Below are positions 48,236-63,105 of a stretch of DNA of 64,000 nt, one piece after another (within the stretch, counting starts at the first letter, position 1; every line of letters starts with the position of its first letter). The stretch spans positions 2,907,269-2,971,268 of the forward strand of contig NC_057759.1 of NCBI RefSeq assembly GCF_004010195.1, given 5' to 3'. The notes beneath the pieces are model-generated. The model saw only the letters and a list, made by a program, of their open reading frames with translations. It was not told the DNA's origin and searched no databases. The position numbers and the translations under genes were made by a program. The stretch is from Chiloscyllium plagiosum (taxonomy: Eukaryota).

Positions 48236-51200
48236 CTCAATTTCGACTCCGGAACCGCCACTCACTCTCTGACACGCCCCCCCACAGATCCCACTGTCAC
48301 CATTCCCGGCCCCCAGAACCCTGAGGGGAACACTACCCTTGCTCATGACTCCACCCCCATTCCCCCCACCATTACACCCACTCCAGGTATTGGCTCCGAC
48401 CCCACTCCCAGCTCCACACCCACACCAGCACCCAGCCCTGCCGAGTTTTCACCATCCATCCAGACCTCCCCCTCACTAAGGACGAACGATCAGTCCTCAG
48501 CAAAGGACTCACCTTCATTCCCCTCCATCCACGCATCAATGAATTTAATACACTTCTTCCATCGCCTCCGCCTCCGAGTTTACTTTCACAATCAGGACTC
48601 CCGCCCACCTTCCGAGGACCCCTTCGCCCACCTCCAACACACTGGATCCACCTGGACACCCCGCCCTGGCCGATTACCTGCCCTCGACCTCTTCATTTCC
48701 AACTGCCGCTGGCACATTAACCGCCTCAACCTGTGGACCCCCCTCCCCCTCTCCAGCCTCTCACCCTCACAACACGCAGCCCTCCAATCCCTCTGCTCCA
48801 ATCCCAACCTCACCATTAAGCTAGCAGATAAAGGGGGCGCAGTGGTAATCTGGCACACTGATCTCTACACCGCTGAAGCCAAATGCCAACTCGAGGACAC
48901 CTCTTCCTACTGCCCGCTCGACCATGACCCCACCCCCCAACACCAAACCATCATCTCCCAGACCATACTGAACTCATCACCTCAGGAGATCTCCCATCCA
49001 CAGCTTCCAACCTCATAGTCCTGGAATCCCGCACTGCCCGGTTCTACCTCCTTCCCAAGATCCACAAGCCTGACCACCCTGGCTGACCCATTGTCTCAGC
49101 ATGCTCCTGCCCCACTGATCTCATCTCTACCTACCTCGACACTGTCCTATCCCCCCTAGTCCAGAAATTCCTCATATACGTTCGAGACGCCACCCACGCC
49201 CTCCACCTCCTCCAAGACTTCCGTTGCCCCGGCCCCCAACGCCTCATCTTCACCATGGATATCCAATCCCTCTACACCTCCATCCGCCATGACCAGGGCC
49301 TCCAGGCCCTCCGTTTTGTCCTCTCCAGAGGTCCCCAACAGTACCCTTCCACCGACACTCTCATTCGTTTGGCCGAACTGGACCTCACCCTTAACAATTT
49401 CTCCTTTGAATCCTCCCACTTCCTCCAGACCAAAGGGGTAGCCATGGGCACACGTATGGACCCCAGTTATGCCTGTCTCTTTGTTGGCTACGTAGAACAG
49501 TCGATCTTCCGGAATTACACCGGCACCACTCCCCACCTCTTCCTCCGCTACATTGATGACTGCATTGGCGCCACCTCGTGCTCCCGCGAGGAGGTTGAGC
49601 AATTCATCAACTTCACCAACACATTCCACCCTGACCTAAAATTTACCTGGACCATTTCTGACACCTGCCTCCCCTTCCTGGACCTCTCCATCTCCGTCAG
49701 TGACGACCGACTTGACACTGACAATTTTTACAAACCCACCGACTCCCACAGCTACCTGGATTACACCTCTTCCCAACCTATCTCTTGCAAAAATGCCATC
49801 CAGTATTCCCAATTCCTCCGCCTCCGCCGTATCTGCTAACAGGAGGACCAGTTCCACCACAGAACACACCAGATGGCCTCCTTCTTTAGAGATCGCAATT
49901 TCCATTCCCACGTGGTTAAATATGCCCTCCAATGCACCTCGCCCACATCCCGCACCTCCACCCTCAGTCCCCACCCCTCCAACTGTAACAAGGACAGAAC
50001 GCCCCTTGTGCTCACCTTCCACCCTACAAACCTTCGCATAAACCAAATCATCGGCCGACATTTCCGCCACCTCCAAAAAGACCCCACCACCAGGGATATA
50101 TTTCCCTCCCCACCCCTCTCCGCCTTCCGCAAAGACCGTGCCCTCCGTGACAACCTGGTCAGGTCCACACCCCCCTACGATACACCCTCCCATCCTGGCA
50201 CTTGCCCCTGTCACCGCAGAAACTGTAAAACCCCGCCCACACCTCCTCCCTCACCTCAATCCAAGGCCCTAAAGGAGCCTTCCACATCCATCAAAGTTTT
50301 ACTTGCACATCCACTAATATCATTCATTGTATTCGTTGCTCCCGATGCGGTCTCCTCTACATTGGGGAGACTGGGCGCCTCCTAGCAGAGCGCTTTAGGG
50401 AACATCTCCGAGACACCCGCACCAATCAACCAAAACGCCCCGTGGCCCAACATTTCAACTCCTCTTCCCACTCTGCCAAGGATATGGAGGTGCTGGGCCT
50501 CCTCCACCCCCGCTCCCTCACCACCNNNNNNNNNNNNNNNNNNNNNNNNNNNNNNNNNNNNNNNNNNNNNNNNNNNNNNNNNNNNNNNNNNNNNNNNNNN
50601 NNNNNNNNNNNNNNNNNNNNNNNNNNNNNNNNNNNNNNNNNNNNNNNNNNNNNNNNNNNNNNNNNNNNNNNNNNNNNNNNNNNNNNNNNNNNNNNNNNNN
50701 NNNNNNNNNNNNNNNNNNNNNNNNNNNNNNNNNNNNNNNNNNNNNNNNNNNNNNNNNNNNNNNNNNNNNNNNNNNNNNNNNNNNNNNNNNNNNNNCCACC
50801 TCTGCCGTATCTGCTCCCAGGAGGACCAGTTCCACCACAGAACACACCAGATGGCCTCCTCCTTTAGAGACCACAATTTCCCTTCCCACGTGCACATCCC
50901 GCATCTCCACCTTCAAAGCCCACCCCTCCAACTGTAACAAGGACAGAACGCCCCTGGTGCTCACCTTCCACTCTACCAACCTTCGCATAAACCAAATAAT
51001 CTGCCGACATTTTCGCCACCTCCAGTGGACCCCACCACCAGGGATATATTTCCCTCCCCACCCCTTTCCACTTTCCGCAAAGACCGTTCCCTCCGTGACT
51101 ACCTGGTCAGGTCCATGCCCCCCTACGACCCACCCTCCCATCCTGGCACCTTCCCCTGCCACCGCAGGAACTGTAAAACCTGCGCCCACATCTCCCCCCT

Positions 51201-51965
51201 CTACCTCCATCCAAGGCCTTAAAGGAGCCTTCCACATCCATCAAAGTTATCACGGAGCACTTTGCGGTGCCGCTTCGCTCCGCCTTTTCCCAGGCCTTTG
51301 CCTCCTTTACCTCTTCCAGACACCACGCTTCTTCAGTCCAATCGCTGCGCATCCACCAATATCATTTATTGTATCCGTTGCTCCCATGCGGTCTCCTCTA
51401 CATTGGGGAGACTGGACGCCTCCTAGCAGAGCGCTTTAGGGAACATCTCCGAGACACCCGCACCAATCAACCACACCGCCCTGAGGCCCAACATTTCAAC
51501 TCTCTCTCCCACTCTGCCGAGGACATGCAGGTCCTAGGCCTCCTTCACCGCCGCTCCCTCACCACCAGATGCCTGGATGAAGAACGCCTCACCTTCTGCC
51601 TCAGAACACTTCAACCCCAGGGCATCAATGTGGACTTCAATAGCTTCCTCATTTCCCCTTCCCCTACCTCACCGCAGTTCCAAACTTCCAGCTCAGCGCT
51701 GTCCCATGACTTGTCCTACCTGCCTATCTTCTTTTCCAGCTATCCACTTCACCCTCCTCCCTGACCAATCACCTTCATCCCCTCCCCCACTCACCTATTG
51801 TACTCCATGCTACTTTCTCCACACCCACACTCTCCTCTAGCTTATCTCTCCACCCTTCAGGCTCTCTGCCTTTATCCCTGGTGAAGGGCTTTTGCCCGAA
51901 ACGTCGATTTTACTGCTCATTGGATGCTGCCTGAACTGCTGTGCTCTTCCAGCACCACTAATCCA
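48236..51965 (+). mobile_element. Penelope-like retroelement (RT + GIY-YIG), inactivated, 3' part repeated across a gap
   Basis: FYLLPKIHK, MDIQSLYT, GVAMG, FLRYIDD, CGLLYIGETGRLLAERFREH; stops and frameshifts. Terminal hammerhead motif at 51878-51905 has CTGGTGA (core A6G). Confidence 0.92.
51246..51348 (-). pseudogene. Inverted histone H4 5' fragment embedded in the Penelope element
   Basis: Reverse complement matches 52036-52138 with 4 differences in 103 nt, including ATG to GTG. Confidence 0.95.
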
Positions 51966-52051
51966 CACCTCTTTCTCAGCCAGGTCGGACCGGGCTGCAT
52001 AAAAAAGGAAGGGGAGGCAGCTCTGCTCTCATTCAGCAGCGATTGGAGTGA

Positions 52052-52372
<321 letters not shown>

Positions 52373-52404
52373 GGATAAAGCGACCCTTTTCCAGCGAACC
52401 CAAA

Positions 52405-52420
52405 GGCTCTTTTCAGAGCC
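52405..52420 (+). terminator. Histone 3' stem-loop
   Basis: GGCTCTTTTCAGAGCC followed by ACCCA; purine-rich HDE-like atagagagcgg about 15 nt downstream. Confidence 0.95.
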
Positions 52421-52960
52421 ACCCAAACCCTCCCATAGAGAGCGGAGACCTGAGGACGGTTCTTTAACGTGTCATTTTGCCCAGACACTGATGCGGGACT
52501 ATTGCGGTATTTATTTCATTGACCCGTCCAGAATACTTTCATGAGTTGTGATGCTGGGACACAGCGGATATTTTCATAGCCTGCTCTGTCCATGTGCCTG
52601 TTACAGACCGTTCAGGCGGCCATTAAGTTGTGTTTCGGCTGATTATAATCTGGTTGAAACAAAATATCGATTCGGTGAGCTTCTGTTATTTTATCGTGGT
52701 ACAATTTCAAGATGTTTAACTCGGCGGGGTTATTTAATTGTTTCACGGCGGGTAGACGTTCGGCTGTTCAGTTTGTCTGGGCTGTTTTAAACCCAGCCTT
52801 TTCTCCTGCCTGTTACAGACAGATCAGGCAATAATCCCGCCTCCTGTCCGCGCTGACAGCTAACTAGGTTTTAATCGATTACTATAAAGTATCTGAGTTG
52901 CGAATGAGTGGCGTAATATGTCTTAATATGTTATTTGATTTCAGGGTTTGAGAGGGTGAT

Positions 52961-53012
52961 TTTGGCGGGCATTTTGAAATTCACCAACTGTCATTTCACG
53001 TTACCCAATCAG
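52961..53012 (+). promoter_or_regulatory. Orphan cell-cycle promoter remnant (CDE/CHR-like + CCAAT)
   Basis: GGCGG-4nt-TTTGAA at 52964-52978; CCAAT at 53005-53009. Confidence 0.45.
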
Positions 53013-53140
53013 ACTCCAACAATTTTTTTCCAGCCTTTTCTGTCCCATCCGGAGCTGTTTCTCTGTGGGCTGAGGGACAGGGCTGTATCCAATCCCAATG
53101 AGAAGAATGCATGTGTAATTAATAGTGGGTTTGTTTTTAG

Positions 53141-53380
<240 letters not shown>

Positions 53381-53436
53381 ACGGAGCATAGCCGGCCCTA
53401 CACATTCACCCCGAGAGAGAGAGAGAAAAACACAAC

Positions 53437-53452
53437 GGCTCTTTTCAGAGCC
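53437..53452 (+). terminator. Histone 3' stem-loop (H3 remnant)
   Basis: GGCTCTTTTCAGAGCC with downstream cagagagagcgg. Confidence 0.93.
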
Positions 53453-54299
53453 ACTAAACCATCCAGAGAGAGCGGGAAACGATGGGTTGCATTAGTATTG
53501 TAATTATAAAACAAGGAAGTAAATACGGAATTAGTTATAAGCGATATTGACATGGGCAGTGAAGTCATATATCTAATGAGATCTCCTGTATTCGCAGAAT
53601 TTATTATGACAGATTGTGAAATATAATTTTAACGTCACATTGTGGTAGTAGATTATGAATTCCCGCAACTCTCCTTCTCTGTCGCGGTATTCATATGGCT
53701 TGTCGTTGGAGGATGGGAAAGATTTGGTGCTAAGAGATTGATTTGTAACGTGCGGACATAGGTTCTGTGCACTTCCTAAAATACGATACCAGAGTAAAGC
53801 ATTGATGGGGAGTCAGTTAAACAACAAAGTTGCAGACAGCGGCAGTCAAGTTCCGACTACAGAGATCTCCGGTGATCGCAGATTTTGATATAATAGATTC
53901 CAGAATTTAACTAATGGGGGATGGGATAGAATTGGTGCCGAAAGATCAACGGCTCATTTTCAAATTTGAAAAGCCCAGTAACATGTAGAAAAGACGTTTT
54001 ACAGAGGAGAATGCCTAGGTACTCAGACGTTGATTTGTCTATCGATTACAGAAGTGTAGTTTATACAATCTCACTTAACTCCTTCCCTCCTTTACAGCTG
54101 AAAAACATCACTCACGGGTATTTAATATGCTCTCTCTCTGGGGACAGAGAAGAAAGCCTGTCTCTGAACACACGAGTGAACAAAGTACAGTGGGAAAGGG
54201 ACCGCTCAGTAGTATTTGCTATATCGACTGTGTACTTAATGCACTGGGTGAATTCAGCTCTTCCTGATGCAGTTGAAGGGAATGTGAAATAAAGTCAAA

Positions 54300-54947
54300 C
54301 ATTTCTCGTTCTGCAAGTACAAATTCACCATGTGCGTGCGTGTTTTGCCGAGGGATGGGGGTATGAGTGTGTTTGTGTGCGCGAGTGTCAAGGAGTATAC
54401 GCGTACGTCTGTGTGGGGGTGCATGCCTGAGTGAGGGATAGTATGTGTGAGCGTATGAGAGAGGGTCTCTGTGAGTACCTGTTTGTGGAGAAGTGTCTGT
54501 GTGTACTTCGTTCAAAAGCTGTATGAATCCAAGATTCTGTAAATTCATTTTTTTAGATTAGAATCAGTCTGACCATTGTGGCACAGAGTCTCACACACGG
54601 CAGCTTACAGCTTAAAGGCATTAGCTGGGCCAACGTGACACCAGTTGTTCAGGTTCACTTGAGAATGTAACATTTAGTTGTTCTGCGATTTACATTTGTA
54701 AAAACTGAAACCAACATGGTCATTATAAAAGATTAGAGATTAACAGACAATCCAGGCCTTTTTAAATATGATTTCAGTAACATCACACTGTAAACGTTTG
54801 CGAAAAGTTGTCTTACGATCTTAGATTCCACAGGCACGTGAGGAAAGCTCCGAAAGCTAGTGCATACAAATAAACTTGTTGGGCTATAAGCTGATGTTGC
54901 GTGATTTTTAACTTTATACACCCCAGTCCAACATCAGCATCTCCAAA
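54300..54947 (+). mobile_element. Degraded repeat, probably the 3' region of a second Penelope-like family
   Basis: Ends gctccgaaagctagtg..aataaac..ccccagtccaacatc, which includes half a hammerhead (GAAA-GC-TA). Confidence 0.4.
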
Positions 54948-55077
54948 CCACAAGCGTTCAATAACAAGACGATAGTATTTGACTGATCTCAGGTTCAAAG
55001 TTCAAGCTTCTCCACATTAAAAGTAAACTAAACCCAACAGAAATGACAGTGTAGCTCCCTTCACAGATGCTGTGAGT

Positions 55078-55093
55078 GGCTCTGAAAAGAGCC
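55078..55093 (-). terminator. Histone 3' stem-loop (H2A)
   Basis: Reverse complement GGCTCTTTTCAGAGCC; HDE-like gaagggagct downstream. Confidence 0.95.
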
Positions 55094-55119
55094 TTTGGGT
55101 TGTCAGATTCAAGAACACT

Positions 55120-55569
<450 letters not shown>

Positions 55570-58500
55570 TTATACCTTCGGGAGGANNNNNNNNNNNNNN
55601 NNNNNNNNNNNNNNNNNNNNNNNNNNNNNNNNNNNNNNNNNNNNNNNNNNNNNNNNNNNNNNNNNNNNNNNNNNNNNNNNNNNNNNNNNNNNNNNNNNNN
55701 NNNNNNNNNNNNNNNNNNNNNNNNNNNNNNNNNNNNNNNNNNNNNNNNNNNNNNNNNNNNNNNNNNNNNNNNNNNNNNNNNNNNNNNNNNNNNNNNNNNN
55801 NNNNNNNNNNNNNNNNNNNNNNNNNNNNNNNNNNNNNNNNNNNNNNNNNNNNNNNNNNNNNNNNNNNNNNNNNNNNNNNNNNNNNNNNNNNNNNNNNNNN
55901 NNNNNNNNNNNNNNNNNNNNNNNNNNNNNNNNNNNNNNNNNNNNNNNNNNNNNNNNNNNNNNNNNNNNNNNNNNNNNNNNNNNNNNNNNNNNNNNNNNNN
56001 NNNNNNNNNNNNNNNNNNNNNNNNNNNNNNNNNNNNNNNNNNNNNNNNNNNNNNNNNNNNNNNNNNNNNNNNNNNNNNNNNNNNNNCCCTCTCTCTCACA
56101 CGTCCTATTCATTCACAAAGGCATCCCAAATCGTTTATCAAAAGTAAGCCAGCTGGAGATACAACGACTCGAAATGAGGGTGAAAATTGACTTGCTGTGC
56201 AGTCAACCGTTAAACTGCCCAAATACAGAAAACAGAGGGCTAACATAACAGCCAAATGGATAAGTTGTGAAGAAAGTTTGATGAACAAATTAGCAAAACT
56301 TGAAAAAAGTCAACAGCAAAGGGAAGAGCAAATGTTTGCTTTAAACACAAATTGAAAAGGAGAATTGAATCAAGGCTGGGACAGATTAGGGACAGAAAGA
56401 GGGGACAGCTAATGCAGATTTGTGGTGAATGCTGATTTTATAGAGGGGAGGGAACTAGATTATCTTTTCCTCAGTGAGAAGATAGCGTTCACTGCGTAGG
56501 ATTAACATACCATCTGCCCACTGGAGATCCCATATTATACCGTGGCACTCTGCAATGCTGTTTGATGTTGTGGTATATGAGGAACACATTCAAAACCACC
56601 AACTGCACTTTGCAAAGGTACAGAGATTCTTTGAGGTCCTCAAGCAGTTGAAAAAAGCTAGTTCTTACGATCCAGCTTGGTTTCCAGAGGCTGAAGCAAC
56701 TTCTGACAAAGCTGAAAGACACTCCCATTGTGAATTTCCTTATCAGAGGGATGTGGAAGACATTGTCAATGGACAACAAATAAGCGTACCATAGTTCAGC
56801 TGATCATAGGGAAGGCAAGGAGCCTTTATTTCAGAGGGAATAAAAGTTCAGAAGTTTTGCTTAAAGACTATATAAGGCACTCGTCAGACCACGGCTGGGA
56901 GACTGTGAATAGTTTTGGGGATTCCTATCTGAAAGATAGACCTGGGCATTGGAGGCAGTCCAGAGAAGTTCCACTCAGCTGATCCGGGGTATGGAGGGAC
57001 TGTCTGACAAGGAGAGATTGGGTGGATTGGGCCTGTCCTCATTGGAGTTGAGAAGAATGAGAGCTGACTTTATTTAAAGTTCTTAGAGAGATGTGGAGAG
57101 AGGTTGTTTCCCCTTGTGGGGAAGAGCATGGGACCAGAGGGATATCATCTAAGAATAAGGGAGTGGTCGCCAATTGGAGACGGAGATAAGGAGGAATTTG
57201 TTCCTTCAGAAGGGATTGAATCTGTGAAATTCTTTACCGGAGATGGCTGTCAAGGCAGGATATTCAAGGCTGAGACAGAGAGGTTTTTAATCAAAAAGGG
57301 AATCGAGGGTTTAGGGGAAAGGTGGCAAAGTGGAGTTGAGGGTGATCAGATCAGTCACAATCTCTTTGAATAGCAGAACAGACTCGATGGGCTGAATGGC
57401 CTACTCCTAGTTCTACAGTTGTATGCACCCCACTCCCATAAGGTGTAGTTACGTAATCCTGTGTTTCTATTCTGACAGAGCGATGTAAAGTTATTTTGAA
57501 ATGTGTCACCCCCGTCTTTCTTCTTTGCTTGAACAGCAGCGGACACACTTTCACCAGGAGTGGGGCTATTGGCGTCTGATACAAAGAATACATTTTTTTC
57601 TCAGGTTCCAAAAGCAACACATTGCCAGATCTGGAACCAACACAGAGAGCACTGGAGAAACTCAGCAGCTCTGGTGGCATCTCTGAAGAGAGAGAGGGAG
57701 AGAAAGAGGGAGAGAGTAAACAGTGTTATATCATAGTTTATAAAAGATCTGGTAACATTTATGCAAAGAGAGAGAGAGAGAATTTCTGTTGACTCACATC
57801 AATCCGCTTGCCTTGTTGGCAAGTGTTTCTGTCAGATAAGGAGCTCGCTGTCAACTGCTGAGGCTTACTTCCCTTTTCTTTGTGTATCAGTTGCAGGTAG
57901 TCTATTAAACTTGTCTCTGTGTGGTTAACATCACTTCCTGTACTCTCTAACTGAAGGTCATCCCACAGACGCCGCTAGAATTTCCCTGTGACCCCACAGC
58001 TGATGATTCAAAGCTGCAGACTGATCTGCAGAAGCCAGATCCTGATCTCCCCCTTTGGATTGTCTCCCTGGTTCCTGGGGTGGGAGATGGGGTGCTCAAT
58101 GCCTCCAGGGTCATGTACCCATTGGAAAGGCTGTGCACACGTCAGACATGTTTGTCCGGCTTACTGATGGGAGAGAAAGGGGAGGGAAAACTGAAGGCAA
58201 TTCACTCTCTTTGAAGAATCGATTGGAGAGATTGATCCTGGTGAGAAGTCCTCCAATGAATGAAATAATAATGCCTGAGATGCGACAGGAAGGTGTTAAA
58301 GTGTGCAGAAAAGATTGACAAGGACTGGATAGTTTGAGTTGTAGGTTGGATAGGCTGGGGCTTTCTAACACTGGAGTGTGGGAGGCTGAAGGGTAACCTT
58401 ATCAATGTATACATTTTTCTAAGATCATGAGGGACATGGATAGGGTGAATAGCCAAAGTCTTTACCCCAGGGGAGGGGAGTCCAAAGCTAGAGGGCATAG

Positions 58501-60783
58501 GTTTTAGGTGAGCTGGGAAAGATTTAAAAGGGATCTGAGGGGTAACTTTTTCTCAAACATGATGGTGCATTTTTGGAATGAGCTGACAGAGAAAGTGATA
58601 GCGATAGCTAAAATTGCAACATTTAAATACATTGGTACTGGGTTATATTGGATTCGATTGGACAGGTTGAGCAGGATAGGGGGCTCGTTCAGTTTGGGAA
58701 TCCTGGTCAGCATGGACGAGTTGGGCCAAAGAGCCTATTTCCATGCTGTGTGACTCTACATTTGCTGAACTCCCTTTACTCGCCACAGTACAAAGGAGAA
58801 AATTTTGGAAAAAGGGGAGGTAGGGAGAAACCAGTTTGTAATCCACCTCAGGGAGATGGATAGTCACAGATTGCAAGTATCCACCACCTGGTAGATGGAC
58901 CGAGTGGCCTCATTCCCTACTCAATGAAGCCATACACCAATTTATTTCCTTTTTTCAGAAAGGCAGAAGGAGGAATTATTTACCTGCCTGAAGTACTTAA
59001 ACTCATAGATGGATAGATAGATAGATAATTAGATAGATAGATTTTATATATATAGAGGGAGAGAGAGAAGTCGACTTTATGTTTGGATTCCATTAGATCA
59101 TGCATATGAAGGTATTTTGCCTGCTTGTTTTCTCTAAGCGGTTGCTACAGGTTTATATCTAAATGAAACATTGTGTGTTTGTCTCTTGGATTACTGAGAT
59201 GCGAGTGTCCTGCTTTTAGGGGGAGTTAAATTATTCAAATTGGTGTGTGTGTTCGAGCTTGCTGTTAAAATAATTGTGACACGGGATTGTGGGGTGAGAC
59301 ACATATAAAGAGAGAGAGGGTCAGGATTGAGGGAGAGAAAGAGATGGGGCAAGATTCAGAGAACAGGATTGAGGGGGAGAGATGGGGCAGGATTGATGGG
59401 GAGAGAGAGATGAGTGTAGAATTGAGGGAGAGAAAGAGTGTGGGGGGCAGGATTAAGAGAGAGAAAAGGATGGTGACAGGACAGAGAGAGAGAGCGCGCG
59501 CGCGAAGGGTGCACTTCCATGTTCTGGCCTGACTGCTTTCTGTGGCAGAGAATTCTACAGGCTCTCAACTTCCTTGGTGAAGACATTTCTCCACATCTCA
59601 GTGCTACCCTGTCTCCCTTAGACTGTGACCCTCCTGGTTCTGGTCACCCCTACCCGGTGATTGGCAACATCCTTTAGTGTTGGTAGGTACAGTCTGGATG
59701 GTTCAAAGGGCCCCTCTTTCCTGTCAGAGTCTATCATATTAAAATGTACATTCCTTATCACGTTCTGCCACCCAAATTTCTATATTGCTTTTGTCAATAA
59801 CTACAGGGCATCAGTTTAGGGTAAAAAGACCAAGGGTTAAAAGGTACCTGAGAGGTTACCTTTTAAAACAGAGGGTGGTACGTATAAGGAACAAACTGCC
59901 AGGGGAAGTGATAGAGACGGGTACAATTACAATTTAAAATATATTTGAACAGGGACTTGGATTGGAAATGTTTAGAAGGATATGGGCCAAACTACAGGAA
60001 AGTGCGGCTACTTTAATTTAGGAAACCTGGTCGGCATGGACAAGTTGGGCCGAAGGGTCTGTTTCTGTGCTGGATGACCCTGGCTGTCTATTGTGAGATG
60101 CCCTGAGCTATCCATCTGAGCAGATTGAACAGACATCTCCATTCAAAGAAGCAATGTCCCCAGGACCCTTCCCTACCACTTCTCGGCTAAACTCTCTCAC
60201 TTCCTCTTCTTTTCTCCATTATAAAGTACTCCCTGGCTCCATTCTGACATTCTGGTCTCAGCTTTCCATTTGGACATCAGTCTGTGGAGTCCCTGAAATA
60301 GAATGCATCATTTTCTCACGGGCTGTGGTGCTTCCAATGCAAACGTACAAACTCAGGGTAAAAACACACGGTGTGTCCCTTTGACAAACAGGAATGCTGC
60401 CCCAAATCCTGTGGCTGCAAGATTTCAAAGAGCAGATTCCTCTTTAAGAAAATGACACTTGATCGCACGGGTGTGGCATCACCTCACAGAGTTTACAATT
60501 GAAAATGAGGACGTTTGTAGGCGTGATGGCGAATTCTCTCTCATTTTTTTTAACAGTAAGAATGGATTTCACATCTGGAGGGACACGGTACGTTGAATGA
60601 CTTACACACAAAGAGAGGGAGAGGTTTGGAACTCTGGCCCACAAACCACAGTGGAGGCTGGATTAGATGTTAGTTTTCAAACTGAGAGAGATTGCGTTTG
60701 CTAAGGTATTAACGGGATGAGGCTAAAGGTGGATCTATGGAGTTAGGCCGCAGGTCAGGCATTGAACGACAGATCAGGTTTCA

Positions 60784-61060
60784 GGGTGGCACATTGGCTC
60801 AGTCGTTAGCATTGCTGTTTCACATCTCCAAGAACCCAAATTCAATCCCAGCCTTGGGTGATGGGCTGTATGGAATTTGCACATTTTCCCCGTGTCTGAA
60901 TGGGTTTCCTCACATAATCCAAAAATGTGCAAATTAAGTGGATTAGCCATTGGAAATGCAGGGTTATAGGGATAGGGTAGGGAATTTGCTCTGTGTAGGA
61001 TGCAGTTCAGAGGGTTTCTGTGGACTTGATGGCTCAAATGGCTTGCTTCTACACTGCTGG
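60784..61060 (+). mobile_element. HE1-type SINE (decayed)
   Basis: Counterpart of 10437-10735. Confidence 0.75.
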
Positions 61061-62364
61061 AATTGTGTGTTCCTACAGATCCTCAGTATTGAGGATTGAT
61101 TGTGTTTGCTACTTTCATTGTCCCTCAGTACTCACACCATGAGGAAATTCTCCGCTGTTGTCCATGGTACATCATAAATACATAAAGGCTAAAAACAGGA
61201 GTCATTGAGCCCCTTGGGAGACGATTATCTCATTCCATACAATCGCAGATGATTCCATCTCGAACTTAACTCCACTTTCCCCCCCTCGCTTCCTTTAATC
61301 CGTCACTGATTAAAAATCATTCTACGCCCTCAGCTTAGTCAGCGTCCCAGTATCCCCCATACACTCTTGAAAGAGGTTGGTGATATTCACGCTCCACCTT
61401 TGAGAGAAGCCATTCCTCCAGTCTCTGTTCTCACTCTGTCCTAACCCCGCTCCTGAAATGATAACCTCTTGTTGCAGATTGTCCCACATGAGGCAACAAC
61501 CTCTCTCCTTCTCCTTTGTCACATCTCTCTTTAGCATCCTATATCCCTGAGTTAGATGACCTCTCATCCTTTTAAACTTCAGAGAGTATCGGCCTAAACT
61601 GCTCAATCACTCTTCCTAAGATAAATCTTTGTAATCAATCAGTTTCTTTGATGGAGGGTTGTGATGGGGTGGTGTAGTTTGGATATTTGCTTTGTAATAC
61701 GATAGGTTGAGTTCCCACACCAGCTGAGATCACCTTGAAGGACTCTCCTCTCAACCTCTCCCCTCGCCTGAGGAGTGGTGACCCTCAGGTTAAACGACCC
61801 CCCAATCATCTCTCTGTAATGAGAGAGCAGCCCAAAGGTCTAGTAAAACTATGGTGAATTTACTGTGATCTGTAAGTGATACCAATTTTCCAATGGCATG
61901 TTACTTTTCAAACGTTCAAAATCCATAGAAAACTAATTTGTACCAGCCGTTACTGTGAACGTGGATGTCATTGTTGTTGATACCCCTGCTCTGCCCTGAC
62001 GAGATCCCAGCCACTTTGGGAAGTTGGGAAACTTTGCCGATATTCATTTGGCAGTACTGCACCCGAAAAATAAACTGACTGTGTTAGAGACTTCTCGTCT
62101 CATACCAATCAGGACTGGAAAACAAGTATGCCAAAATTCAACATCTTAATCTGTCTGTGGACAAAGGTATTGGGAGTGGGGGCGAGGAGAGAGGGAGCGA
62201 GAGACACAGAGCGCGAGAGCGATGGACAGAGTTAACATTGCTGATTATAAGCAACTAAATTTCTGGAGAAATTCAACTGGTATAGCAGCATCCATGGCAG
62301 AGAGGAACAGCATTAACATATCGAGTCCAGTGACCCTTTATCATGGTTGACACTTAACTGTCCA

Positions 62365-63105
62365 TTGAATTGGCCGAGCAAGTCAGTCAGTTGTATCTAT
62401 TGGTATGAAATCTCAACAACGAAATGAAACTGGATGGATCACCTGGTATCACCAAGGAACCAAAAAAGACGATGGCGGAAACAGCCCTGCCAACACTGAA
62501 AAGACCTCTTACTAACATCTGGGAGCTGGTGCCAAAATTGGAAGAGTCATCATCATACTCACTGAATCATGCACACAGACAATGTCCCAGACACCACTAT
62601 CACCATCGTTGGATATGTCTTGTCACACAGCAGGAAAGACACAGCAGAGGTGGTCGTACAGTGGGATACACCCCAGAGGGAGTTACTCTACGAGTCTTCA
62701 ACATTGACTTCGGACAGCATGCCGTCTCATGGCTTTAGGTTATACACGGGCAAGGAAACCTCCTGCTGATTATCACATATCATCCCTCCTCAGCTGATGA
62801 ATCGCTAATCCTCCATTTTGAACAACACTCAGGAGGAGAACTGAGGATGGCAAAGGCACAAATTCTGGGTGGGGAATTTCATTGTCCACCACTAAGAGTG
62901 GCTCAGTGGCAGCACTCCTAATCGAGCTGGTCGGGTCCTAAGGGACATAGCTGTTAGCATGGGCCTTTACCATGTGGAGTTAGCACCAACAAAAGGGAAA
63001 ACCAATCTGACATCATCCTTACCAACCTGCCAGCTGGAAATGCATCTGCCCATGATCGCATCTGTAAGACTGACCCCTGCGCAGTCATTGTGGAGATAGA
63101 CACCC
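62365..63105 (+). mobile_element. LINE APE endonuclease fragment
   Basis: 'LTNIWELVPKL', 'TDNVPDTTITIVGYVLSH', 'SRGG'; counterpart of 12005-12740. Confidence 0.7.

Noticed and set aside
48236..51965. Active Penelope or CR1 elements
   Set aside because: All large copies contain stops, frameshifts or deletions.
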